Source of the DNA: a virus
Strand: one strand, 5' to 3'
DNA length: 64,000 nt
Virus genome (UHGV): UHGV-1351569
Part shown: positions 25,946 through 35,876 of the stretch, piece after piece
Layout of the letters: each line of letters begins with the position of its first letter
How positions within the stretch are numbered: position 1 is the stretch's first letter
The notes under the pieces: model-generated
The model's database searches: none
The model's input: only the letters and a program-made list of their open reading frames with translations
What the model was told of the DNA's origin: nothing
Position numbers and translations under genes: made by a program

Positions 25946-28642
25946 ATGAAAGAATTTTATATCTCTATCGAAACAGTCGGAAATAACATTGTTGAACGTT
26001 ATATTGATGAAAACGGAAAGGAACGTACTCGTGAAGTAGAATATCTTCCGACTATGTTTAGACATTGTAAGGAAGAGTCAAAATACAAAGACATCTATGG
26101 TAAAAATTGTGCTCCTCAAAAATTTCCATCAATGAAAGATGCACGAGATTGGATGAAGCGGATGGAAGACATCGGTCTCGAAGCTCTCGGTATGAACGAT
26201 TTTAAACTCGCTTATATCAGTGATACATATGGTTCAGAAATTGTTTATGACCGAAAATTTGTTCGTGTAGCTAACTGTGACATTGAGGTTACTGGTGATA
26301 AATTTCCTGACCCAATGAAAGCAGAATATGAAATTGATGCTATCACTCATTATGATTCAATTGACGATCGTTTTTATGTTTTCGACCTTTTGAATTCAAT
26401 GTACGGTTCAGTATCAAAATGGGATGCAAAGTTAGCTGCTAAGCTTGACTGTGAAGGTGGTGATGAAGTTCCTCAAGAAATTCTTGACCGAGTAATTTAT
26501 ATGCCATTTGATAATGAGCGTGATATGCTCATGGAATATATTAATCTCTGGGAACAGAAACGACCTGCTATTTTTACTGGTTGGAATATTGAGGGATTTG
26601 ACGTTCCGTATATCATGAATCGTGTTAAAATGATTCTAGGCGAACGCAGTATGAAACGTTTCTCTCCAATCGGTCGAGTAAAATCTAAACTAATTCAAAA
26701 TATGTACGGCAGCAAAGAAATTTATTCTATTGATGGCGTATCTATTCTTGATTATTTAGATTTGTACAAGAAATTCGCTTTTACTAATTTGCCGTCATTC
26801 TCTTTGGAATCAGTTGCTCAACATGAAACCAAAAAAGGTAAATTGCCGTACGATGGTCCTATTAATAAACTTCGTGAGACTAATCATCAACGATACATTA
26901 GTTATAACATCATTGACGTAGAATCAGTTCAAGCAATTGATAAAATTCGTGGGTTTATCGATCTAGTTTTAAGTATGTCTTATTACGCTAAAATGCCTTT
27001 TTCTGGTGTAATGAGTCCTATTAAAACTTGGGATGCTATTATTTTTAACTCGTTGAAAGGTGAACATAAGGTTATTCCTCAACAAGGTTCGCACGTTAAG
27101 CAGAGTTTTCCAGGCGCATTTGTGTTTGAACCTAAACCGATTGCTCGTCGATACATTATGAGTTTTGACTTGACGTCTCTGTATCCTAGCATTATTCGTC
27201 AGGTTAACATTAGTCCTGAGACTATTCGTGGACAGTTCAAAGTTCATCCAATTCATGAATATATCGCAGGAACAGCTCCTAAGCCAAGTGATGAATATTC
27301 TTGTTCTCCGAATGGATGGATGTATGATAAGCACCAAGAAGGTATTATTCCAAAGGAAATCGCTAAAGTATTTTTCCAGCGTAAAGACTGGAAAAAGAAA
27401 ATGTTCGCGGAAGAAATGAATGCCGAAGCTATTAAAAAGATTATTATGAAAGGTGCAGGGTCTTGCTCAACTAAACCAGAAGTTGAACGATATGTTAAGT
27501 TCAATGATGATTTCTTAAACGAATTATCGAATTACACCGAATCTGTTCTTAATAGTCTGATCGAAGAATGTGAAAAAGCAGCTACACTTGCTAACACAAA
27601 TCAGCTGAACCGTAAAATTCTTATCAACAGTCTTTATGGTGCTCTTGGTAATATTCATTTCCGTTACTATGATTTGCGAAATGCTACTGCTATCACAATT
27701 TTTGGTCAAGTCGGTATTCAGTGGATTGCTCGTAAAATTAATGAATATCTGAATAAAGTATGCGGAACTAATGGTGAAGATTTCATCGCAGCAGGTGATA
27801 CTGATTCAGTATATGTTTGTGTAGATAAAGTTATTGAAAAAGTAGGTCTTGACCGCTTTAAAGAACAAAATGATTTAGTTGAATTCATGAATCAGTTTGG
27901 TAAGAAAAAGATGGAACCTATGATTGATGTTGCATATCGTGAGTTATGTGATTATATGAATAACCGCGAGCATCTGATGCATATGGACCGTGAAGCTATT
28001 TCTTGCCCTCCGCTTGGTTCAAAGGGTGTTGGTGGATTTTGGAAAGCGAAAAAACGTTATGCTCTGAACGTTTATGATATGGAAGATAAGCGATTTGCTG
28101 AACCGCATCTAAAAATCATGGGTATGGAAACTCAGCAGAGTTCAACGCCAAAAGCAGTACAAGAAGCTCTCGAAGAAAGTATTCGTCGCATTCTTCAGGA
28201 AGGCGAAGAGTCTGTCCAAGAATACTATAAGAACTTTGAGAAAGAATATCGTCAACTTGATTATAAAGTTATTGCTGAAGTAAAAACTGCGAACGATATA
28301 GCGAAATATGATGATAAAGGTTGGCCAGGGTTTAAATGCCCGTTCCATATTCGTGGTGTACTAACTTATCGTCGAGCTGTTAGTGGTTTAGGTGTAGCTC
28401 CAATTTTGGATGGAAATAAGGTAATGGTTCTTCCGTTACGTGAGGGAAATCCATTTGGTGACAAGTGCATTGCTTGGCCATCGGGTACGGAACTTCCAAA
28501 AGAAATTCGTTCTGACGTACTGTCTTGGATTGACTACTCAACTTTGTTCCAAAAATCGTTTGTTAAACCACTTGCGGGCATGTGTGAATCGGCAGGTATG
28601 GACTATGAGGAAAAAGCTTCGTTAGACTTCCTGTTTAGCTGA
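25946..28642 (+). CDS. 43: DNA polymerase gp43 (family B), 898 aa
   Basis: MKEFYISIETVGNNIVERYIDENGKER... matches recalled T4 gp43 along its length; exonuclease and polymerase motifs (DTDS) present. Confidence 0.97.
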   Translation: MKEFYISIETVGNNIVERYIDENGKERTREVEYLPTMFRHCKEESKYKDIYGKNCAPQKFPSMKDARDWMKRMEDIGLEALGMNDFKLAYISDTYGSEIVYDRKFVRVANCDIEVTGDKFPDPMKAEYEIDAITHYDSIDDRFYVFDLLNSMYGSVSKWDAKLAAKLDCEGGDEVPQEILDRVIYMPFDNERDMLMEYINLWEQKRPAIFTGWNIEGFDVPYIMNRVKMILGERSMKRFSPIGRVKSKLIQNMYGSKEIYSIDGVSILDYLDLYKKFAFTNLPSFSLESVAQHETKKGKLPYDGPINKLRETNHQRYISYNIIDVESVQAIDKIRGFIDLVLSMSYYAKMPFSGVMSPIKTWDAIIFNSLKGEHKVIPQQGSHVKQSFPGAFVFEPKPIARRYIMSFDLTSLYPSIIRQVNISPETIRGQFKVHPIHEYIAGTAPKPSDEYSCSPNGWMYDKHQEGIIPKEIAKVFFQRKDWKKKMFAEEMNAEAIKKIIMKGAGSCSTKPEVERYVKFNDDFLNELSNYTESVLNSLIEECEKAATLANTNQLNRKILINSLYGALGNIHFRYYDLRNATAITIFGQVGIQWIARKINEYLNKVCGTNGEDFIAAGDTDSVYVCVDKVIEKVGLDRFKEQNDLVEFMNQFGKKKMEPMIDVAYRELCDYMNNREHLMHMDREAISCPPLGSKGVGGFWKAKKRYALNVYDMEDKRFAEPHLKIMGMETQQSSTPKAVQEALEESIRRILQEGEESVQEYYKNFEKEYRQLDYKVIAEVKTANDIAKYDDKGWPGFKCPFHIRGVLTYRRAVSGLGVAPILDGNKVMVLPLREGNPFGDKCIAWPSGTELPKEIRSDVLSWIDYSTLFQKSFVKPLAGMCESAGMDYEEKASLDFLFS

Positions 28643-28655
28643 TAGAATAAATCTA

Positions 28656-28676
28656 GGGACCTCCGGGTCCCTTTTT
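28656..28676 (+). terminator. Terminator hairpin GGGACC-TCCG-GGTCCC plus T5
   Basis: Directly after the gene 43 stop. Confidence 0.65.
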
Positions 28677-28759
28677 CATATAAGTAATATAAATCTATAC
28701 TTATGAAAAAGAGATGATTCTGGACCTTTTGGATTCATTAAAAATTTTTTCACAAAACT

Positions 28760-28789
28760 GTTTACATCTCTGTTCTTCCATGGTACTAT
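28760..28789 (+). promoter_or_regulatory. T4-type early promoter, cassette copy C
   Basis: GTTTACA ... TGGTACTAT with the same leader as copy D. Confidence 0.6.
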
Positions 28790-28817
28790 ACAACTATCAA
28801 CTACGGAGGAACAGAAA

Positions 28818-29069
28818 ATGAAAAATATTCAAACTAATTTTATTCAAAATTTAAAAGTTGTTAACGCAGAAAAAGCGAATAAACTTTTTAAAGTTAAAGA
28901 ATTTGAAAATGAAGGTAACACTTACGGTATTATAGAACAAAATGGAATGGTGACTGGATTAGAAATTTATAATGGTAAAGGAAAATTTCAGTCACAGCCA
29001 ATTTCTGTTATGGGTGTAAGAAAAGGAATTAAAACTGAAGATGCTTTAAAGTTATTTGTTAAGTTTTAA
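28818..29069 (+). CDS. Hypothetical protein, 83 aa
   Basis: ORF track; GGAGG RBS. Confidence 0.6.
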   Translation: MKNIQTNFIQNLKVVNAEKANKLFKVKEFENEGNTYGIIEQNGMVTGLEIYNGKGKFQSQPISVMGVRKGIKTEDALKLFVKF

Positions 29070-29081
29070 GAGGAAATTATT

Positions 29082-29462
29082 ATGAAAATCGCTATTTTGG
29101 TTATTGCATTAGGTCTTACTGGTTGTGTAGCTCAAGGACCGGTAGTAAATCAGTCTGATGTAGGAAAAATTGTAAACTGTTCAAGCAAGTTTTATAATCC
29201 TAATGTCAAGTGTTATAAAGAAGCTCCAAAACAGACAGTAGAACAAATGCAGGCGAATTTTGACGAAGCTATTCGTCCAGATGAATCTGCTCAAGCATAT
29301 CGTAATTCGGATGTAATTACACGCGAAGAAAAAATTGAAAACTACTGCGCAGAACTTTGGGCAAATTGGGCTAATAATTACCAATGGCGTACTGGTAAAA
29401 ATGCTCCGATGGAGTATGTAGTGAATTCTTATAATTCATGTGTAAAAAATTTGACTAAGTGA
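29082..29462 (+). CDS. Putative lipoprotein, 126 aa (signal MKIAILVIALGLTGC)
   Basis: Lipobox-like LTGC after a hydrophobic signal peptide. Confidence 0.6.
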   Translation: MKIAILVIALGLTGCVAQGPVVNQSDVGKIVNCSSKFYNPNVKCYKEAPKQTVEQMQANFDEAIRPDESAQAYRNSDVITREEKIENYCAELWANWANNYQWRTGKNAPMEYVVNSYNSCVKNLTK

Positions 29463-29469
29463 GGAAAAC

Positions 29470-29721
29470 ATGGAAACTTTAGTAGCAGGTTCAATTTTTA
29501 TGGTTTTAGTTTCAGGTGTGTTGGCTATTATTATATACATGCTTCCATGGTTTATCGCCTTGATGCGTGGGTCAAAATCGACAGTAGGAATCTTTTTCAC
29601 ATCTTTACTGTTTAACTGGTCAATTATTGGTTGGTTTATTACATTTATTTGGTCAATTGCAGGTGAAACTAAAAAGTCTGCACAGCCAAATCAGGTAATT
29701 ATCATCAGAGAGAAGGAATGA
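29470..29721 (+). CDS. imm: Immunity to superinfection membrane protein Imm, 83 aa
   Basis: Two hydrophobic helices; length and position (between 43 and 42) as T4 Imm. Confidence 0.8.
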   Translation: METLVAGSIFMVLVSGVLAIIIYMLPWFIALMRGSKSTVGIFFTSLLFNWSIIGWFITFIWSIAGETKKSAQPNQVIIIREKE

Positions 29722-29867
29722 AAAGCAAAATTATAACAGTGTTGCTTTTAATCTTGATGATTATAATAAGTATATACTATAGTGTAACGGTTCCTCTTAT
29801 GATTCCAACTATTATTTTAGGTTGGGGTTTATTACTGTTACAAGTTAAATATGAATGTATCAATTGA
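29718..29867 (+). CDS. Hypothetical small membrane protein, 49 aa
   Basis: ATG overlapping the imm TGA; hydrophobic; below the ORF-track cutoff. Confidence 0.35.
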   Translation: MKSKIITVLLLILMIIISIYYSVTVPLMIPTIILGWGLLLLQVKYECIN

Positions 29868-29874
29868 GGTTTAA

Positions 29875-30615
29875 ATGATTAGTGACTCTATGACAGTTGA
29901 AGAAATCCGTCTTCATTTGGGACTTGCATTAAAAGAAAAAGATTTCGTAGTTGATAAAACTGGCGTTAAAACTATTGAAATTATTGGCGCATCATTTGTA
30001 GCAGATGAACCGTTTATTTTTGGCGCTCTTAATGATGAATACATTCAGCGTGAACTTGAATGGTATAAATCTAAAAGCTTGTTCGTTAAAGATATTCCAG
30101 GTGAAACACCGAAGATTTGGCAACAAGTAGCATCTTCTAAAGGTGAAATTAACTCGAATTATGGTTGGGCTATCTGGTCAGAAGATAACTATGCCCAGTA
30201 TGATATGTGTTTAGCTGAACTTGGTCAAAATCCTGATTCTCGACGTGGTATCATGATTTATACTCGTCCATCCATGCAATTTGACTACAATAAAGATGGC
30301 ATGTCAGATTTCATGTGTACTAATACAGTACAGTACCTGATTCGTGATAAGAAAGTCAATGCAGTAGTAAGCATGCGCTCAAATGATGTGGTCTTCGGAT
30401 TCCGTAATGATTATGCATGGCAAAAATACGTATTAGATAAATTAGTATCTGATTTGAATGCAGGCGATTCAACTCGTCAGTATAAAGCAGGTTCTATTAT
30501 ATGGAATGTTGGAAGTCTTCATGTATATTCTCGTCATTTTTACTTGGTTGATCATTGGTGGAATACTGGCGAAACTCATATTGTGAAAAAAGATTATAAC
30601 GGTGAGTGGAAATGA
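29875..30615 (+). CDS. 42: dCMP hydroxymethylase gp42, 246 aa
   Basis: Thymidylate-synthase-like fold sequence matching recalled T4 gp42. Confidence 0.9.
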   Translation: MISDSMTVEEIRLHLGLALKEKDFVVDKTGVKTIEIIGASFVADEPFIFGALNDEYIQRELEWYKSKSLFVKDIPGETPKIWQQVASSKGEINSNYGWAIWSEDNYAQYDMCLAELGQNPDSRRGIMIYTRPSMQFDYNKDGMSDFMCTNTVQYLIRDKKVNAVVSMRSNDVVFGFRNDYAWQKYVLDKLVSDLNAGDSTRQYKAGSIIWNVGSLHVYSRHFYLVDHWWNTGETHIVKKDYNGEWK

Positions 30616-31454
30616 TTCAATTCGTAATTCCAAGCTATCAACGCGTAGGGGCAGTTTCTGCCCTTGATATGTTTCCGACTGATTATGAACCTCATATTGT
30701 AGTACGTGAACACGAAGAAAAAGCTTATTATGACGCTTACGGGTCTAGGGCTAAAATTATAACTATTCCTGATGATGTAAACGGAATTGCCGGTACTCGT
30801 AAAGCAATTACTGATATGTATGCAGGTCAACGAATCTGGATGATTGACGATGATACTACTATTCGTATGAGTTCAATGCGAAAAAGAGATGATCGTCGTT
30901 GTGTAGATAAAGTCAATCAATTGACTCGTGAACAGTTCTATGAATTGATTCAATATGTTGAGGATGCCATGGATTGTGGGTATTATCATGGCCATGCTCG
31001 TCTACCTATTTTTAAAATTACTTCATCTTGGGGTAATTATCGTGAAAATTCATATGGATTCACGAATACATGGTATGACCTCGGAAAACTTACTACAGAA
31101 CAAATTGGGTATGGAAAAATTGATTTATGCGAAGATATGTATGCATTTCTCAATTTAATTAATCAAGGTTATCCGCATTTGGCCTTGTTCAAATATCTGG
31201 TTGTATCTGGAAAAGCACAAGCTCCTGGCGGGTGTAGTTCAATTCGTAGTAATTCTAAACATAATAGAGCGCTTGAGCAAATCAATAGAGAGTTTCCAGA
31301 GCAAGCTCGTTGGAAAACTTCTAATATTGAAAAACGAAAATCGTTGGGTGAAGAAGACGAGCCATTAAAGGTTCTTCGTATGTGTGTTTCGCGTAAAGAA
31401 AAATCAGAAGCATTTCATAAGTTTAATGCTATTCATCCAATAGCAGTTGATTAA
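30612..31454 (+). CDS. GT-A-fold glycosyltransferase (DxD motif) in the beta-gt slot; probably a T2/T6-type beta-alpha-glucosyltransferase
   Basis: VIPSYQR and WMIDDDTT (DxD) motifs typical of GT-A; unlike the recalled T4 beta-gt sequence (MKIAIINMGNN...); ATG overlaps the gene 42 TGA. Confidence 0.6.
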   Translation: MIQFVIPSYQRVGAVSALDMFPTDYEPHIVVREHEEKAYYDAYGSRAKIITIPDDVNGIAGTRKAITDMYAGQRIWMIDDDTTIRMSSMRKRDDRRCVDKVNQLTREQFYELIQYVEDAMDCGYYHGHARLPIFKITSSWGNYRENSYGFTNTWYDLGKLTTEQIGYGKIDLCEDMYAFLNLINQGYPHLALFKYLVVSGKAQAPGGCSSIRSNSKHNRALEQINREFPEQARWKTSNIEKRKSLGEEDEPLKVLRMCVSRKEKSEAFHKFNAIHPIAVD

Positions 31455-31479
31455 TGCCTAAATTTATTGTGTTATAATT
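31453..31479 (+). promoter_or_regulatory. Putative middle promoter upstream of uvsX (MotA-box-like ATGCCTAAA, TATAAT)
   Basis: Imperfect MotA box 12 bp upstream of an exact TATAAT. Confidence 0.3.
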
Positions 31480-31531
31480 ACCCTATCTTTAACCAGTGAG
31501 GAAAATATAATGATGCCTATGGAAAAAATGA

Positions 31532-32713
31532 ATGTCTATTGCAGATTTAAAATCCCGTTTGATTAAAGCTTCCACTTCTAAAATGACTGCTGAACTGACT
31601 ACATCTAAATTCTTTAATGAAAAGGATGTAATCCGTACAAAAATCCCAATGCTTAATATCGCTATTTCAGGTGCGATTGACGGTGGTATGCAGTCTGGTT
31701 TAACCATTTTTGCAGGTCCTTCTAAACACTTTAAATCAAATATGTCTTTGACTATGGTTGCGGCGTATTTGAACAAATATCCTGACGCGGTATGTCTATT
31801 CTATGATAGCGAATTTGGTATTACACCAGCTTATTTGCGATCCATGGGAGTTGACCCGGAACGAGTAATTCATACACCAATTCAGTCAGTTGAACAGCTG
31901 AAAATTGATATGGTGAATCAGCTTGAAGCTATTGAGCGTGGTGAAAAAGTTATTGTATTCATCGACTCAATCGGTAATATGGCTTCTAAGAAAGAAACGG
32001 AAGATGCCTTGAATGAAAAATCTGTGGCAGATATGACTCGTGCTAAATCACTGAAGTCATTATTCCGTATTGTTACTCCTTATTTTAGTATTAAAAACAT
32101 TCCATGTGTTGCGGTTAACCATACAATTGAAACAATTGAAATGTTTAGTAAAACCGTGATGACAGGTGGTACAGGCGTAATGTATTCGGCTGATACTGTA
32201 TTCATTATCGGTAAGCGCCAGATTAAAGATGGTTCTGATCTTCAGGGGTATCAATTTGTTCTAAATGTAGAAAAATCTCGTACCGTTAAAGAAAAAAGTA
32301 AATTCTTTATTGATGTTAAATTTGATGGTGGTATCGATCCTTATTCTGGATTGCTAGATATGGCTCTAGAATTAGGATTTGTAGTAAAACCTAAGAATGG
32401 TTGGTATGCTCGTGAATTTCTTGATGAAGAAACCGGCGAGATGATTCGCGAAGAAAAATCTTGGCGTGCAAAAGATACCAACTGCACTACATTCTGGGGT
32501 CCTTTATTTAAGCATCAACCATTCCGAGATGCTATTAAACGTGCTTATCAGTTAGGTGCTATTGATAGTAATGAAATTGTTGAAGCTGAAGTTGACGAAT
32601 TGATTAACTCAAAGGTTGAAAAATTTAAATCTCCAGAAAGTAAAAGTAAATCAGCAGCTGATTTAGAAACTGACCTAGAACAGTTAAGTGATATGGAAGA
32701 ATTTAATGAATAA
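31532..32713 (+). CDS. uvsX: Recombinase UvsX (RecA/Rad51 family), 393 aa
   Basis: ...DLKSRLIKASTSK...GPSKHFKSN... matches recalled T4 UvsX. Confidence 0.92.
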   Translation: MSIADLKSRLIKASTSKMTAELTTSKFFNEKDVIRTKIPMLNIAISGAIDGGMQSGLTIFAGPSKHFKSNMSLTMVAAYLNKYPDAVCLFYDSEFGITPAYLRSMGVDPERVIHTPIQSVEQLKIDMVNQLEAIERGEKVIVFIDSIGNMASKKETEDALNEKSVADMTRAKSLKSLFRIVTPYFSIKNIPCVAVNHTIETIEMFSKTVMTGGTGVMYSADTVFIIGKRQIKDGSDLQGYQFVLNVEKSRTVKEKSKFFIDVKFDGGIDPYSGLLDMALELGFVVKPKNGWYAREFLDEETGEMIREEKSWRAKDTNCTTFWGPLFKHQPFRDAIKRAYQLGAIDSNEIVEAEVDELINSKVEKFKSPESKSKSAADLETDLEQLSDMEEFNE

Positions 32714-33050
32714 AGATGATTTAGATTTAGATCTAGAAATTATCGATGAATCCCCCTCTTCGGAGGGGGAAGAAGAAAGAAAAGAACGTCTTTTTAATGA
32801 ATCTCTTAAGATAATTAAATCTGCCATGGAAAATGTTATCCAGGAGATTGTCATTAAACTAGAAGATGGTTCTACACATATAGTGTATGTAACTAAACTG
32901 GATTGGGTTGATGGAAAGGTTGTAATGGACTTTGCTGTTCTTGACCAAGAAAGAAAAGCTGAGTTAGCTCCTCATGTAGAAAAATGTATTACAATGCAAC
33001 TACAAGATGCATTTAATAAAAGGTCAAAGAAAAAATTTAAATTCTTTTAA
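32688..33050 (+). CDS. 40: gp40-position protein (head vertex assembly chaperone in T4), 120 aa
   Basis: Position between uvsX and 41; acidic N-terminus; name by synteny only. Confidence 0.55.
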   Translation: MIWKNLMNKDDLDLDLEIIDESPSSEGEEERKERLFNESLKIIKSAMENVIQEIVIKLEDGSTHIVYVTKLDWVDGKVVMDFAVLDQERKAELAPHVEKCITMQLQDAFNKRSKKKFKFF

Positions 33051-33059
33051 GGAGTAAGT

Positions 33060-34487
33060 GTGGTAGAAATTATTCTTTCTCATCTCATATTTGATCAAGC
33101 TTATTTTTCAAAAGTTTGGCCATATATGGATTCAGAATATTTTGAAAGTGGTCCAGCTAAAAATACATTCAAATTAATTAAATCTCATGTCAATGAGTAT
33201 CATAGCGTTCCATCTATTAATGCGTTAAATGTTGCATTAGAAAATAGTTCATTTACTGAAACAGAATATTCTGGTGTAAAAACACTTATTTCAAAACTGG
33301 CTGATTCTCCGGAAGACCACAGCTGGTTAGTAAAAGAAACAGAAAAATATGTTCAGCAAAGGGCGATGTTTAATGCTACGTCTAAAATAATCGAAATTCA
33401 AACTAATGCTGAGCTTCCTCCGGAAAAACGAAATAAGAAAATGCCAGATGTAGGTGCTATTCCTGACATCATGCGCCAAGCATTATCAATTTCATTTGAT
33501 AGCTACGTTGGTCATGATTGGATGGATGACTACGAAGCACGTTGGCTATCTTATATGAATAAAGCTCGTAAGGTTCCATTTAAACTCAAAATTCTAAATA
33601 AAATTACTAAAGGCGGAGCTGAAACTGGAACACTGAACGTTTTAATGGCTGGTGTTAACGTTGGTAAGTCATTAGGATTGTGTTCATTGGCAGCAGATTA
33701 TTTGCAGCTCGGACACAATGTTCTTTACATTTCCATGGAAATGGCAGAAGAAGTCTGTGCTAAGCGTATTGACGCTAATATGCTCGATGTTTCTCTTGAT
33801 GACATTGATGATGGGCATATTTCTTACGCTGAATATAAAGGAAAAATGGAAAAATGGCGTGAGAAATCTACTCTCGGTCGTTTAATCGTTAAACAGTATC
33901 CTACTGGTGGAGCAGACGCTAATACATTTCGTTCTCTTTTGAACGAATTGAAGCTCAAGAAGAATTTTGTTCCAACAATCATTATTGTTGACTATCTGGG
34001 TATTTGTAAATCTTGCCGCATCAGAGTTTATTCAGAAAATAGTTACACAACTGTTAAAGCTATCGCAGAAGAATTACGTGCTCTGGCTGTTGAAACCGAA
34101 ACTGTTCTTTGGACCGCAGCACAGGTTGGTAAACAAGCTTGGGATTCTTCTGATGTTAACATGAGCGATATTGCAGAATCTGCCGGTCTTCCAGCAACAG
34201 CCGATTTTATGCTTGCGGTCATTGAAACCGAGGAGCTAGCAGCTGCTGAACAACAACTAATTAAGCAAATCAAATCACGATATGGCGATAAGAATAAGTG
34301 GAATAAGTTTTTGATGGGTGTTCAAAAAGGAAATCAGAAATGGGTAGAAATTGAACAAGATTCTACTCCAACTGAAGTGAACGAAGTAGCAGGTTCACAA
34401 CAGATTCAGGCTGAGCAGAATCGCTATCAAAGAAATGAATCTACTCGAGCCCAGTTAGATGCTTTGGCGAATGAATTAAAATTTTAG
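33060..34487 (+). CDS. 41: Replicative DNA helicase gp41 (DnaB-like), 475 aa
   Basis: MVEIILSHLIFDQAYFSKVWPYMD... matches recalled T4 gp41; GTG start. Confidence 0.92.
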   Translation: MVEIILSHLIFDQAYFSKVWPYMDSEYFESGPAKNTFKLIKSHVNEYHSVPSINALNVALENSSFTETEYSGVKTLISKLADSPEDHSWLVKETEKYVQQRAMFNATSKIIEIQTNAELPPEKRNKKMPDVGAIPDIMRQALSISFDSYVGHDWMDDYEARWLSYMNKARKVPFKLKILNKITKGGAETGTLNVLMAGVNVGKSLGLCSLAADYLQLGHNVLYISMEMAEEVCAKRIDANMLDVSLDDIDDGHISYAEYKGKMEKWREKSTLGRLIVKQYPTGGADANTFRSLLNELKLKKNFVPTIIIVDYLGICKSCRIRVYSENSYTTVKAIAEELRALAVETETVLWTAAQVGKQAWDSSDVNMSDIAESAGLPATADFMLAVIETEELAAAEQQLIKQIKSRYGDKNKWNKFLMGVQKGNQKWVEIEQDSTPTEVNEVAGSQQIQAEQNRYQRNESTRAQLDALANELKF

Positions 34488-34516
34488 TTTACAAGCTGAC
34501 GAGACTATGGTATAGT
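34487..34516 (+). promoter_or_regulatory. T4-type early promoter (GTTTAC ... TGGTATAGT)
   Basis: Starts at the gene 41 stop codon. Confidence 0.55.
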
Positions 34517-34545
34517 AGTCTTGTTGGTTAAATGAGGAGATTGTT

Positions 34546-34728
34546 ATGGAATTGGTAAAGGTAGTTTTTATGGGGTGGTTTAAGAATGAAAGCATGTTTA
34601 CTAAAGAAACCACAATGATGAAAGATGACGTTCAATGGGCTACTACTCAGTATGCTGAAGTTAATAAAGCGCTAGTTAAAGCTTTCATTGATGACAAAAA
34701 AGTATGCGAAGTGGATTGCCGAGGATAA
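34546..34728 (+). CDS. dmd: Dmd antitoxin (inhibitor of the host RnlA/LsoA RNase toxins), 60 aa
   Basis: MELVKVVFMGWFKNESMFTKE...KKVCEVDCRG matches recalled T4 Dmd. Confidence 0.85.
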   Translation: MELVKVVFMGWFKNESMFTKETTMMKDDVQWATTQYAEVNKALVKAFIDDKKVCEVDCRG

Positions 34729-34729
34729 T

Positions 34730-34987
34730 ATGCATATCGTTTTATTTAAACCTACTCCGTATAACGTCAGGAAAAATACTCAATTCAAAGCACTTATTGC
34801 AGATACGTGGGAATTGGTGTTAGATATTCCAGCAGAAGAAAGTCCTCCATTTGGTCGAGTGGAATTTATTAAGTTTGCTGTGCGCCCTACGAAGCGACAG
34901 ATTCGCCAATGCAAAAGATACTTTCGTAAAATCGTCAAGTTAGAGAAACAGTTTGTAACATGTGATTACGCAGAAGTTTTAAAATAA
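34730..34987 (+). CDS. Hypothetical protein (about 85 aa)
   Basis: ORF track 34688..34987; ATG 34730 behind GAGGA. Confidence 0.5.
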   Translation: MHIVLFKPTPYNVRKNTQFKALIADTWELVLDIPAEESPPFGRVEFIKFAVRPTKRQIRQCKRYFRKIVKLEKQFVTCDYAEVLK

Positions 34988-35045
34988 CTGTTTACTTTTG
35001 TTGAAAATTGAGATACTATAAACATAAACTACTGAGGAGATTATC

Positions 35046-35339
35046 ATGAAAAAATTTATCTTTGCTGCAATTTTTGCTTTATCTTCTTGCGCTGCTCAGC
35101 CTGCTATGGCGGGTTATGACAAAGATTTGTGTGAATGGTCTATGACCGCAGATCAGACTGAAGTTGAAACTCAAATTGAAGCGGATATTATGAATATCGT
35201 TGAGCGTGATCGTCCTGAAATGAAAGCTGAAGTGCAAAAACAGCTTAAGTCTGGTGGTGTAATGCAGTATAATTACGTTCTGTATTGTGATAAAAACTTC
35301 AATAATAAAAATATCATCGCTGAAGTGGTAGGTGAGTAA
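35046..35339 (+). CDS. sp: Spackle periplasmic protein Sp, 97 aa
   Basis: Signal peptide MKKFIFAAIFALSSCAAQPAMA; length and position as T4 sp. Confidence 0.75.
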   Translation: MKKFIFAAIFALSSCAAQPAMAGYDKDLCEWSMTADQTEVETQIEADIMNIVERDRPEMKAEVQKQLKSGGVMQYNYVLYCDKNFNNKNIIAEVVGE

Positions 35340-35351
35340 ATAGAGGTTAGT

Positions 35352-35708
35352 ATGTATAGTTCTGAATTTTCATATTTAAAAATGGAAAAAATTTCATACG
35401 ATTTTATAGATGAAAAGGTTTATTATAGTTTCCATGAACCACGTTTTAACAGTGAAGTCGGTTTTATTGTAGTAAAAGATAATTTCATTTTAAAAATATA
35501 TTCGGCATTAAAGGATTTTCACTACGAAAATATTAACCTAAAATTTGATAAAGAAAACGTTCATAATTGTGCAGTAACAATTACAGGAAATAAAGGTACA
35601 TGTGTTATGCTATCTGATGAAATTAATGATTTGTTAAATGATGTAGAAAAGGTTGCTGTTCCATCAATTGATGACCAAATTTTTAACGCTTTTATGAATA
35701 GAGGTTAA
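35352..35708 (+). CDS. Hypothetical protein, 118 aa
   Basis: ORF track. Confidence 0.5.
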   Translation: MYSSEFSYLKMEKISYDFIDEKVYYSFHEPRFNSEVGFIVVKDNFILKIYSALKDFHYENINLKFDKENVHNCAVTITGNKGTCVMLSDEINDLLNDVEKVAVPSIDDQIFNAFMNRG

Positions 35709-35709
35709 T

Positions 35710-35874
35710 ATGAAAACATATAAAGAATTTATTAAAGAAGATGTGGTAGCTGGAGATTCAGGTGGTAATCCTGAAAATATCTCTACTGGAACAACAACAG
35801 GTGCTGTAGTAAATAAAGGTCCTGAACAGATTCCTAAAAAGAAAAAAGAGGAATCTAAAGAAAAAGAAGAGTAA
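35710..35874 (+). CDS. Hypothetical small protein, 54 aa (Lys/Glu-rich tail)
   Basis: ATG to TAA frame between the previous ORF and gene 61. Confidence 0.4.
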   Translation: MKTYKEFIKEDVVAGDSGGNPENISTGTTTGAVVNKGPEQIPKKKKEESKEKEE

Positions 35875-35876
35875 AA

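Noticed and set aside
26969-27709. - strand ORFs of 122, 83 and 61 aa and a + strand alternate-frame ORF
   Set aside because: All inside the DNA polymerase gene 43, whose frame matches T4 gp43 along its length.
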